A DNA stretch of 64,000 nt. It comes from Candidatus Neptunichlamydia sp. (GTDB lineage: Bacteria; Chlamydiota; Chlamydiia; Chlamydiales; Simkaniaceae). Position 1 is the stretch's first letter; each line of letters starts with the position of its first letter. Under the pieces are notes generated by a model, which was not told the origin of the DNA, did no database searches, and saw only the letters and a program-made list of their open reading frames with translations. Of the stretch, positions 20,078 through 30,833 are shown one piece after another. The stretch covers positions 1,088,001 to 1,152,000 of the forward strand of contig OZ247587.1 of assembly GCA_965233865.1 (NCBI GenBank), given 5' to 3'. The position numbers and the translations under genes were made by a program.

Positions 20078-20104
20078 AACCCATCCCTTAGATATGGAGA
20101 TGGT

Positions 20105-20509
20105 ATGGTGCGGCAAACTGTAGCTTTATTTGGAGAGGCAGAAAAGGGAGAAATAGGTTCTCCTCTTTTGATGAAAACTCTCCCCCATCTTAACGATACG
20201 TTAGGACATCCTCCCAAGGAAAGTCGAGGGATCTTCTTTGCTATTCAGTTTCTTCTCTATGAACAAGACGTCATCTTTATCCGCGTTAAAGAAGAAGGAT
20301 TTAGCACCAAAGATTATCTCAAGGGAATGAAGCACCTCCAAAATAAAAAGCAGATTTCTCATCTCACAGCTCTGTGCCTTCCTGGAGTCGGCGATGCTCG
20401 TATTCTCGATGCAACGCATCCCGTCACAGACGTTCACGAGGCCCTCATCATTACAACAGAGCAAGACCTCTACGATTATCTCACCTCACTTCAATTGCCC
20501 AATATTTAA
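20105..20509 (+). CDS. Conserved hypothetical protein (weak tail-sheath-like motifs)
   Basis: GGAG RBS; 134-aa ORF directly after eno. Confidence 0.7.
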   Translation: MVRQTVALFGEAEKGEIGSPLLMKTLPHLNDTLGHPPKESRGIFFAIQFLLYEQDVIFIRVKEEGFSTKDYLKGMKHLQNKKQISHLTALCLPGVGDARILDATHPVTDVHEALIITTEQDLYDYLTSLQLPNI

Positions 20510-20619
20510 AGCTTTTGGTAGGCTTTCCTCCAAGCCACTGGAAGTTTTTATGAAAAACGGTTCTGGTCCCAACCTTCGCATATCCGTTCATAGCCTTTTT
20601 TTTCTAAAGAATTAATGTG

Positions 20620-20661
20620 AAGGAAGGTTCAGAACCAACAAAAAGGTTATGAGCCTTCCTT
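20620..20661. terminator. Long hairpin between convergent genes (possible bidirectional terminator)
   Basis: AAGGAAGGTTCA-GAACC-AACAAAAA-GGTTA-TGAGCCTTCCTT. Confidence 0.55.
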
Positions 20662-20672
20662 GGAAAAGATAA

Positions 20673-21257
20673 TTAGTTAAAATAAGTGGTGAGGCCGTCT
20701 TGAGTCGGCTTCATTGACTTTTCTCCTTTTTTCCAGTTCGCAGGGCACACTTCACCGTTCTCTTCATGTAAAATAAGCGCATCAAGGATTCGAATTGCCT
20801 CGTCGACAGAGCGTCCAAGTGGCAGATCGTTCACAAGTTGATGACGGATTACCCCTTCTTTGTCGATCAAGAAAAGTCCACGGAACGCAACGCCAGCTTC
20901 TTCGTTAAGCACATGGTAATCGCGAGCAATATTTTTGTTTAAATCAGCAACAAGAGGGTAGGTGACTCCTTCGATTCCACCTTTTTCCTTAGGGGTGTTG
21001 ACCCATGCTAAGTGGCAAAACGCGCTATCAACTGAGCATCCAATTACTTGAGCGCCACGCGCTTCAAACTCTCCAAGCTTCTCTTGAAATGCATGCAATT
21101 CTGTGGGGCATACAAAGGTGAAGTCTAGAGGATAGAAAAAGAAAATAACGTACTTCCCATTAAATAAATCAAAGGAGAAATTATCGTTAATTTTTCCTTT
21201 TACAACGGCCTCAGCTTTGAAGTTCGGGGCTTTTTTTCCAATAAGTAAACTGTTCAT
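20673..21257 (-). CDS. ahpC: Typical 2-Cys peroxiredoxin (AhpC/TSA)
   Basis: YPLDFTFVCPTE, GRSVDE, EVCPANW. True start MNSLLIG follows AGGAG. Confidence 0.93.
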   Translation of the reverse strand: MNSLLIGKKAPNFKAEAVVKGKINDNFSFDLFNGKYVIFFFYPLDFTFVCPTELHAFQEKLGEFEARGAQVIGCSVDSAFCHLAWVNTPKEKGGIEGVTYPLVADLNKNIARDYHVLNEEAGVAFRGLFLIDKEGVIRHQLVNDLPLGRSVDEAIRILDALILHEENGEVCPANWKKGEKSMKPTQDGLTTYFN

Positions 21258-21288
21258 AGTATCTCCTGGTGTTTGTGAGGAGTATACC

Positions 21289-21918
21289 CTAACTGAAGAT
21301 TTCGCGCGCGCGCGGAAGCCAATTTTCATCCCCAATTGTAGTAGAAGGGCCATGCCCAGAATAGACCACCGTGTCATGGGGAAGCTTTTCTAGCTTTTCA
21401 AGAGAATGCCACATATCAGAGCGACTCGCTGTTGCAAGGGACAGGTTTCCTATTGAACCCTTGAATAGAGTGTCTCCGGCAAATAAAATTTTTTCTTTTT
21501 CAAGATAAAAGCAAACACCTCCAGGGGTATGACCCGGGGTTTCAATCACCTTCAGATCGAGGTGGCCTACAGAAATGACTTGCCCTTCTTTGAGTTCAAA
21601 CTCAGGCTCGACTCCTTCAATTTCCATCATCAAAGGAACTCCGTCAGATCCTGGAGATATCACGTTATTGCGGTCATTTTTGTGAACATAAACAGGAATT
21701 CCAAAGCTTTTTTTGATTTTCTTAAGATCTCCAATATGATCCCAGTGCGAATGCGTTAATAAAACAGCCACCACCACAATTCCACCTGCCGCTTGAGTAA
21801 GAGATTCAGAACTTCCCGGTGCAGGATCGATAAAAATGCCTTTGCTCGTTTCAGAACACGACAAAAGATAAGCGTTGGTTTTAAAAAGACCTGAAGGAAA
21901 ACATTGAACTTGGGACAT
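21289..21918 (-). CDS. MBL-fold metallo-hydrolase (glyoxalase II/YcbL-like)
   Basis: THSHWDHIG, PGHTPG, GDTLF, SGHG. Confidence 0.92.
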   Translation of the reverse strand: MSQVQCFPSGLFKTNAYLLSCSETSKGIFIDPAPGSSESLTQAAGGIVVVAVLLTHSHWDHIGDLKKIKKSFGIPVYVHKNDRNNVISPGSDGVPLMMEIEGVEPEFELKEGQVISVGHLDLKVIETPGHTPGGVCFYLEKEKILFAGDTLFKGSIGNLSLATASRSDMWHSLEKLEKLPHDTVVYSGHGPSTTIGDENWLPRAREIFS

Positions 21919-21941
21919 GCTGATGCCTAACTGAACCTTAA

Positions 21942-22018
21942 TGGTGCACCGGAGAGGACTCGAACCTCTAACCTCCTGGTCCGTAGCCAGGTACTCTATC
22001 CAATTGAGCTACCGGTGC
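21942..22018 (-). tRNA. tRNA-Arg (ACG)
   Basis: Reverse complement GCACCGGTAGCTCAATTGGATAGAGTACCTGGCT-ACG-GACCAGGAGGTTAGAGGTTCGAGTCCTCTCCGGTGCACCA: full cloverleaf with encoded CCA. Confidence 0.97.
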
Positions 22019-22236
22019 AGAGTCAGTCCATTTTGCAGGAGAAACACTTTTCTCGCAAGAAAAAATCGTTTCTCCCTAAGCCTTGTTTATTGGATATTCC
22101 GTTACAATCTTGTCCTTCCTCCTCAAGGATGAATCCCGCTGGTGCCGATCTATTCTGAATAAATTGAGGATTGATGCCAATTCAAGGGTTTTCTAGCGCT
22201 TATTTTATTACCACTTCTAGTATAATCCACCCTATT

Positions 22237-22806
22237 ATGATCGATTGGAACGCGCAGTGGGAGCTTCATGCTCCAAATTTTTTGAATGGTTTTGCCCACG
22301 TCTCCCTTAAGGACTTTGGCGGATCAGATGCGCGCTTTAAAATGGCCCCCGGTCCAGGATTTGGAGACCTTTCTCACCCCACAACTCAAATAGTGCTTAC
22401 CCTCATGCCGCAGATCATAGAAGGGCCTGTCATCGATGTAGGCTGCGGGAGCGGTGTTCTTTCGATTGCTGCGAAACTCTCTGGAGCTCCTGAAGTAATG
22501 GGAATCGATATTAAGAGAGAGGCCATCAAGCATGCTAAACTCAATGCTGCGCTCAATAACCTCGAATGCTCCTTTAGTAAAAAGCTTCTACAAACACCTA
22601 AAAACCCCCTCATCCTTATGAATATGATTTCTTCAGAGCAGTCCATTGCTTGGAATTCTTTCCCCGATTTTCACGGTTCTACCCTGATTGTTTCTGGACT
22701 CCCTGTTGAAGAAGCCGATCCTAGCCATTACGGCAAAATTATTGAAAAACTCGAATTAGATGGATGGAAAGGTTTTGTCATTCACCTATACTCTCACAAC
22801 TGTTAG
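22237..22806 (+). CDS. prmA: Ribosomal protein L11 methyltransferase-like (short PrmA)
   Basis: PGPGFGDLSHPTT and IDVGCGSGVLSIAA SAM motif. Confidence 0.75.
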   Translation: MIDWNAQWELHAPNFLNGFAHVSLKDFGGSDARFKMAPGPGFGDLSHPTTQIVLTLMPQIIEGPVIDVGCGSGVLSIAAKLSGAPEVMGIDIKREAIKHAKLNAALNNLECSFSKKLLQTPKNPLILMNMISSEQSIAWNSFPDFHGSTLIVSGLPVEEADPSHYGKIIEKLELDGWKGFVIHLYSHNC

Positions 22807-22833
22807 AATCTCTTGAAAACCTCAGAGAAAAGA

Positions 22834-23283
22834 ATGAAACATCCAGAGTTCAACATTATTGGCATTGAAACAAGAACCACAAATGAAAATGATCAAGCAG
22901 CAGCTGATATAGGCGAGCTGTGGCAAAGTTTTCTTGAAAATCAGGTTCTTGATAAGATTCCAAATAAGGAAAATCTAGAGATCTATAGCGTCTACACAGA
23001 TTATGAAAAGGATCATACAAAGCCTTATACTGTTATTTTGGGATGCAAAGTTGCTAACCTAGATGAAGTTCCCGAAGGGATGGTAGGACGTGTGATCCCA
23101 GCTGGAACGTTTACCCAATTCACCGCAAAGGGAAACCTCTATGAAGGCGCCGTATATACGGAATGGCTTAAAATTTGGAAGACTCCTCTAAATAGAACGT
23201 TTACTGGAGACTACGAAGTGTATGGATTAAAAGCACAAAATCCTGAAAGCGCTGAAGTCGACATTTTTATCGCAATTGAGTAG
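22834..23283 (+). CDS. GyrI-like small-molecule-binding domain protein
   Basis: IIGIETRTTNE...IGELW...YSVYTDYEKD...RTFTGDYEVY pattern. Confidence 0.85.
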   Translation: MKHPEFNIIGIETRTTNENDQAAADIGELWQSFLENQVLDKIPNKENLEIYSVYTDYEKDHTKPYTVILGCKVANLDEVPEGMVGRVIPAGTFTQFTAKGNLYEGAVYTEWLKIWKTPLNRTFTGDYEVYGLKAQNPESAEVDIFIAIE

Positions 23284-23457
23284 GATGTGTCCCTAAAATC
23301 TACTGTGAAGCAGAGATAAAGACTTGCCAAAATAAAAGCATCCCTCCCGCTAGCTTGATATTTTCTTGTTCTCGAATGGATTCCTAGTGGGCCTTATAAT
23401 AGGAAATTTGCTCGGGAGTCGGTCCTTGCTCATCAAAACACTTCCAAAAAATGCTAG

Positions 23458-23483
23458 AAAAAGAGGGCCAATAGGCCCTCTTT
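23458..23483. terminator. Intrinsic terminator for groEL (probably bidirectional)
   Basis: AAAAAGAGGGCC-AATA-GGCCCTCTTT. Confidence 0.8.
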
Positions 23484-23496
23484 AATAGATGAGGAA

Positions 23497-25484
<1,988 letters not shown>

Positions 25485-25522
25485 CGTAATTACGCTCCTA
25501 AAAGATGGGTTTTTTAGTCAGA

Positions 25523-25551
25523 ATCATAGGTTAGCTCCCTCTTTTTGTCAA
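25523..25551 (-). promoter_or_regulatory. sigma66/70 promoter of groES-groEL
   Basis: Minus strand TTGACA-17 nt-TATGAT. Confidence 0.85.
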
Positions 25552-25556
25552 CAGAC

Positions 25557-25583
25557 TTGGCACTAAAAATATTTAAGTGCTAG
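25557..25583. promoter_or_regulatory. CIRCE element (HrcA operator)
   Basis: TTGGCACTA-N9-AAGTGCTAG versus consensus TTAGCACTC-N9-GAGTGCTAA, 5 nt upstream of the -35. Confidence 0.85.
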
Positions 25584-25603
25584 ATAGCGTCATCAGAGAA
25601 CAT

Positions 25604-26809
25604 CTAATATAGAAGATATTTAACACGAGTTTTCTTAAATTGCTCACGCTCATTTTTTTGATACGCAATCATTTTCCAGGCAGCATACTGTTCATTAAGC
25701 ATAAGTCGATAAATCTCATCATTGCCATTAGCAAGACAAAATATATTTTTTTTGCTCCCGTTGACTTTTTCAAGATATCCCTTGGTTTCCTGAGGGTACA
25801 AGCTCTTCAAAATTCCCATTAGCAGATATTGGACGCTAAGGGGTTGATATCGACGTATATTGGTCACCCGAATAAGAACGCCGTGGCAATCCTTTCCCTT
25901 AAGGGATCCGTAAAAGGGACGATAATGGAAAGGAAAAAAGTGGACGCCAGGAAGTCTTTGGCTATTAAGCTTTTCAGCAAAGACCTCTGCATCAATCCAT
26001 GGAGCTCCCACAACTTTAAAAGGGAGAGTATAGCCTACTCCGATATTGACCATTTCCAATTCACCCAGAATCCCGGTTGAGGCATAGAAAAGTGGTGTAT
26101 CTGCCTCAGGAATATGTGGGCTTGTCGGAATCCAGGTCAATCCTGTCTCTTTAAAGGACATGGTACGCTTCCATCCCTTCATAGCAATGACTTTGAGATC
26201 GCATCCAATTTTATACTCTCCATTGAAAAAGGTAGCGAGCTCACCGATGGTCATTCCATGGCAGTAGGGAACATTGACATACCCTATAAAGGAGCGCCAC
26301 TTGGATTCCAACATTCCCCCATCGATAATCAGACCATTAATGGGGTTGGGCCGATCAAAAACAATGACAGGGATTTTTCGCTTCGCCGCTTCTTCCATCA
26401 CATAAAATAGCGTGGTTGCGTAGGTGTATGAACGTACTCCAATATCTTGAATATCATAGATCAAGATGTCAATTTCTTTTAACATCTCTTCTGTTGGACG
26501 TCGCGTTTTCCCATGCAAACTATAGACCTTGAGCTTTCCAGCTTTCCCATCACTGGTGTTTTCTCCAGCATAATCGGTCCCAGACCACCCGTGTTCTGGG
26601 CTGAAGAGAGCCACAATCTTCATTCCTTCCTTTTGAAGAACTTCAATCGTTGGGGTCATCGTCTTATCAACGCCTGTATGATTACTAACAAGTCCTACTC
26701 GCTTTTTTTGCAACCCCTTGCAGTGCCCGTCCTTAAAGAAGACATCAACACCAAGATCTACTGATGCAAAGAGGGGAAGGAAAAAGAAAATAAAAATCAT
26801 TCGCCACAT
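25604..26809 (-). CDS. DUF1343/NamZ (YbbC) family exo-beta-N-acetylmuramidase, exported
   Basis: VGLVSNHTG, FSPEHG, YDIQDIGVRSYTY, DRPNP, HGMTIGEL, WIPTSPHIP; signal peptide. Confidence 0.9.
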   Translation of the reverse strand: MWRMIFIFFFLPLFASVDLGVDVFFKDGHCKGLQKKRVGLVSNHTGVDKTMTPTIEVLQKEGMKIVALFSPEHGWSGTDYAGENTSDGKAGKLKVYSLHGKTRRPTEEMLKEIDILIYDIQDIGVRSYTYATTLFYVMEEAAKRKIPVIVFDRPNPINGLIIDGGMLESKWRSFIGYVNVPYCHGMTIGELATFFNGEYKIGCDLKVIAMKGWKRTMSFKETGLTWIPTSPHIPEADTPLFYASTGILGELEMVNIGVGYTLPFKVVGAPWIDAEVFAEKLNSQRLPGVHFFPFHYRPFYGSLKGKDCHGVLIRVTNIRRYQPLSVQYLLMGILKSLYPQETKGYLEKVNGSKKNIFCLANGNDEIYRLMLNEQYAAWKMIAYQKNEREQFKKTRVKYLLY

Positions 26810-26891
26810 ATCAGAAAAGTTTAGATGAAAAATGATTTTTCTTATCAAGAACAGTTACGGGGGAATACATTTTATAGTGATTAGGTCCTAA

Positions 26892-29800
26892 ATGTCAGAT
26901 AAACAAAATGAATCAAAGCAGATGCATCAAGCGCGCGATCTATTAGGGTCAGTGATGGGATCTCCCATGTCCCTCCAGGACAGGGAGAAAAAATCTATTG
27001 AACTTGCTGCTCTGATTTTATCCGAATCAAACAAGGCACTAACCAAAGAAGAAAAGAAACGGTATGGCGAGCTTCATCGAATGATGAGTGACCCCTTAGG
27101 GAAGGTTTTTCTCACTGCCATGACAGACCAATGTTTTCGATCAAAAAATAACCAACGCATCGCAAACCAAATGGTCTATCTCCTCCATTTTTATGGGATC
27201 CCAAAATTCTTTTCTCCCTTTAAACGATTGCAACTCTATTTCTTTAAGTTGTTTGGAGAAAAACTTGCTAACATCCTTGTTCCCTTGGCAATCTTCACGC
27301 TGCGCAAAGAAACTTCATCGGTCATTATTCCCGGGGAAAAGGGGCCTCTTTCTCGTCATATCAAGAAAAGAAAAGAACAAGGAATCCGTCTTAACCTTAA
27401 CCACCTTGGAGAAGCAATCCTCGGAGAAGAGGAAGCTGTCCGCCGAATGAATATCTATTTAGAGGATTTGAAACATCCCCATATCGATTATGTTTCCATC
27501 AAGATATCAACGATTTATTCTCAACTCAACCTCCTCTCATGGGACCGAACGCTTGACGACATAGAAAAGCGTCTCAAACTACTTTATGTTGCCGCAATGG
27601 AAAATCCAATAACGCTTCCTGATGGAAGAAAAAGTTCGAAGTTCGTCAACCTCGATATGGAAGAATACCGAGATCTTCACTTGACAAAGGATCTATTTAT
27701 AAAAATTCTAAGCGAGCCTGAGTTTCACTCCCTTTCTGCAGGAATCGTATTACAAGCCTACCTTCCAGATAGTTATGAAATTCAAAAGGAGCTCACTCAG
27801 TGGGCAATTAAACGGGTAAAAGATGGGGGCTCACCCATTAAGGTGCGGATTGTAAAAGGGGCCAATATGGCAATGGAACAACATGAAGCATCTCTTAAAG
27901 GATGGTCACAGGCTCCTTATACAAGCAAAGTGAGAACCGATGCGAATTACAAGAAGATGGTAATCTACGCCTGCGAACCTGAAAATGCCCACGCGGTTCA
28001 TATCGGAATCGCTTCTCACAACATCTTTGATATTTCATTTGCCATGATCTTGCGATTAGAAAATCGAGTAGAGCGCGAGATTACGTTTGAAATGCTTGAA
28101 GGAATGGCCGACCATATGAGGAGGGTTGTCCAAACACTTACCGGAGACATGCTCCTCTATTGCGCCGTTGCAACTCGCCAGAATTTCCAAAGCGCCATCG
28201 CTTATCTTATCCGTCGTCTAGATGAAAATACAGGATCAGAGAATTTCCTTGCTCACAGTTTTGGTCTCAAAGCTGGAACAAAAGAATGGAAAACCCAATC
28301 TTCTCTTTTTTCAGAGGCATGCAAATTAAAAGACACGATAGAGAATGAACCTAGAAAAAAGCAAAATCGCCTTGAAGACCCTTCTCACCTCGATCCCAAC
28401 TCTCCATTTGAAAACGAAGCAGACACCGATTTTTCACTCACCCAGAATAGAAAATGGGCTGAAGGAATTATCAAAAAGTGGAAAGGGAAAAAGATTGCAC
28501 CTGTCCCCCTTGTGATCGAAGGGGAAGAGATTTACACTCAAAATGAAGGGAAATCAATCGATCCCTCTCAACCCGATCACCCCTATTATACGTACTCAAA
28601 GGGAGGATGGGAAGAGATCAACCGTGCCCTTAGCTCTGCAAAAAAAGAAGAAAGCAACTGGGCGAACACCCCGACTTTAGAAAGATGCATTCTTCTTTCT
28701 AAAGTCGCACAAGAGCTTAGAAAACAGCGAGCTGATCAATTGGGTTCAATGATTGGAGATGCAGGAAAATCTCTTATTGAAGCAGATGTTGAACTCTCTG
28801 AAGCAATTGACTTTGCTGAATATTACCGCCGTTCAATGAGGCAGTTAACAGCCCTCAAGGATCTTGAATGGACACCGAAAGGAACCATCCTGGTTGCGTC
28901 TCCTTGGAATTTTCCAAAAGCTATTCCTTGCGGAGGAATCCTTGCTGCATTAGCTACAGGAAATTGCGTTCTTTTTAAACCTGCACCTGAGACTGTTTAC
29001 ACAGGCTACGCTCTTGTCAAAGCTCTATGGAAAGCGGGAATTCCAAAAAAAGTCCTTCAGTTTATTAATTGCGACGATGATCCTGTTGGCTCTAAACTCA
29101 TTCAAGATGAGCGGGTGAATGCTGTTATCTTAACAGGAGCAACAAGCACAGGAAAACTATTTATGAAACTCCGCCCCGGGATTGACCTCTATGCAGAAAC
29201 AGGCGGAAAAAATGCTATTATCGTCAGCGCCCTTTCAGACCGAGATCTAGCAATTAAAGAGATTATCCACTCAGCATTTGGGCATAATGGGCAAAAGTGT
29301 AGCGCCGCCTCCTTAGTTATCTTAGAAAAAGAGGTCTACGATGACTCTCACTTCATGGAGCAACTCCGCGATGCCGCTGCAAGCTTAAAAGTTGGGTCTC
29401 CATGGGATCTGTCCAGTAAGATGACACCTTTGATCAATCCCCCAAACAAAGCACTCCAAAGAGGGCTCACCACATTAGAACCTGGAGAATCGTGGCTTCT
29501 TGAGCCCAAACAAAATCCCCACAACCCTCACATGTGGACACCAGGAATCAAACTCGGCGTCAAACGGGGAAATTACACACAAAAAACAGAACTTTTTGGT
29601 CCTGTCCTAGGCCTCATTCGAGCGAACAACTTCGATCAAGCCATTCATATTGCAAACTCCACTCCTTATGGGTTAACTTCGGGGATCCATTCCCTCGACA
29701 AACGAGAACAGCAAAAGTGGCAACGTCTTATCATTGCAGGAAACTGTTACATCAACCGAAGCATTACGGGAGCTATAGTCCGCCGTCAAGCCTTTGGAGG

Positions 29801-30512
29801 GATAAAAAATAGTTGCTTTGGCCACGGATCTAAAGCAGGAGGCCCTAATTACCTCACGCAGTTTATGACTGCGAAACAAGTGGGGATCCCCAAAGAAAAA
29901 TTTCCTGTTGGTGATTGGGTGAACAACCTCACTCGCTTCCTTGAAAAAATTGAACTTTCAGCAGAAGACCTTGGCGTATGGTACGCAAGCATCTCCAGTT
30001 ATGCCTACCATTGGCAACAATTCAAACGAGATAAAGATCAATCTAAGGTGGTTGGTGAGGACAATTATTTCCGCTACCTTCCTCATAAAAAAATGATCTT
30101 CCGCATCACTCCCCAAGATGATCCCCTTGACTATCTCAGAGTATTCGCAGCCGCTTTAACGACAGGAACACACCTTGAGATCAGCTGGGAGAAAAATGAG
30201 GAAGCAAAACAGCGTCATGCAAATTGGGAAGCTCTCCTCCCCATTTTCAACATCCTAGAAGAAGATGAATCTAATTTCATTAATCGCTTAGAACACGGAC
30301 ACATCAAAAGGATCAGAATGCTTCAAAAGCCATCAGTTGCTCTTGAAAAAAAAGCTGCCGAAATCACTTGCTACATTGACCACGGCCCAGCCCTTGCGAA
30401 CGGCCGCGTTGAACTCCTCCATTATCTACGCGAGATGTCTCTCTCCGCTTCCTACCACCGCTACGGAAACCTTGGTCTCCGCGAAGGCGAGCTCCGTCGC
30501 CCCATGCTCTGA
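26892..30512 (+). CDS. putA: Bifunctional proline dehydrogenase / glutamate-semialdehyde dehydrogenase
   Basis: NLDMEE, VRIVKGA, IASHN, YLIRRLDEN, SPWNFP, ETGGKN, GQKCSA. Confidence 0.95.
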   Translation: MSDKQNESKQMHQARDLLGSVMGSPMSLQDREKKSIELAALILSESNKALTKEEKKRYGELHRMMSDPLGKVFLTAMTDQCFRSKNNQRIANQMVYLLHFYGIPKFFSPFKRLQLYFFKLFGEKLANILVPLAIFTLRKETSSVIIPGEKGPLSRHIKKRKEQGIRLNLNHLGEAILGEEEAVRRMNIYLEDLKHPHIDYVSIKISTIYSQLNLLSWDRTLDDIEKRLKLLYVAAMENPITLPDGRKSSKFVNLDMEEYRDLHLTKDLFIKILSEPEFHSLSAGIVLQAYLPDSYEIQKELTQWAIKRVKDGGSPIKVRIVKGANMAMEQHEASLKGWSQAPYTSKVRTDANYKKMVIYACEPENAHAVHIGIASHNIFDISFAMILRLENRVEREITFEMLEGMADHMRRVVQTLTGDMLLYCAVATRQNFQSAIAYLIRRLDENTGSENFLAHSFGLKAGTKEWKTQSSLFSEACKLKDTIENEPRKKQNRLEDPSHLDPNSPFENEADTDFSLTQNRKWAEGIIKKWKGKKIAPVPLVIEGEEIYTQNEGKSIDPSQPDHPYYTYSKGGWEEINRALSSAKKEESNWANTPTLERCILLSKVAQELRKQRADQLGSMIGDAGKSLIEADVELSEAIDFAEYYRRSMRQLTALKDLEWTPKGTILVASPWNFPKAIPCGGILAALATGNCVLFKPAPETVYTGYALVKALWKAGIPKKVLQFINCDDDPVGSKLIQDERVNAVILTGATSTGKLFMKLRPGIDLYAETGGKNAIIVSALSDRDLAIKEIIHSAFGHNGQKCSAASLVILEKEVYDDSHFMEQLRDAAASLKVGSPWDLSSKMTPLINPPNKALQRGLTTLEPGESWLLEPKQNPHNPHMWTPGIKLGVKRGNYTQKTELFGPVLGLIRANNFDQAIHIANSTPYGLTSGIHSLDKREQQKWQRLIIAGNCYINRSITGAIVRRQAFGGIKNSCFGHGSKAGGPNYLTQFMTAKQVGIPKEKFPVGDWVNNLTRFLEKIELSAEDLGVWYASISSYAYHWQQFKRDKDQSKVVGEDNYFRYLPHKKMIFRITPQDDPLDYLRVFAAALTTGTHLEISWEKNEEAKQRHANWEALLPIFNILEEDESNFINRLEHGHIKRIRMLQKPSVALEKKAAEITCYIDHGPALANGRVELLHYLREMSLSASYHRYGNLGLREGELRRPML

Positions 30513-30833
30513 AGCTTAACAAACTATACAAACTACACCTGTCGCTTCTTTACATTTTTGTTCTAATCAATAAAATTTCTATCTATAAATGCACACTCTA
30601 GACATCCAAGTGGAAGCATTTTTTTTGCTGATCGAATGAAAAAATTCACCACCTAGAGGTCAAGCGAATGACGTTGGCAAAATAGAGATTGAAGCGGAAG
30701 AAATTCATTGGGAAAACATGCCTAGCGCGAAGGGTTATAAGTTCCATGGCTCAGCTGGGAGGCTTTAGGAAAACATTGGAAATTCTGCCTCTTCTTGATT
30801 CGATATATTAGCCGTGTTATCCTAACTCTCATT

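Noticed and set aside
21941..22132. 63-aa ORF MVHRRGLEPLTSWS...
   Set aside because: It is the antisense reading of tRNA-Arg.
25557..25575. TGGCAC as a sigma-54 -24 box
   Set aside because: No TTGC at -12; it is better explained as a CIRCE arm.
30600..30780. Possible gene remnant between putA and uvrD
   Set aside because: Short coding-like stretch that I could not assign to any family.
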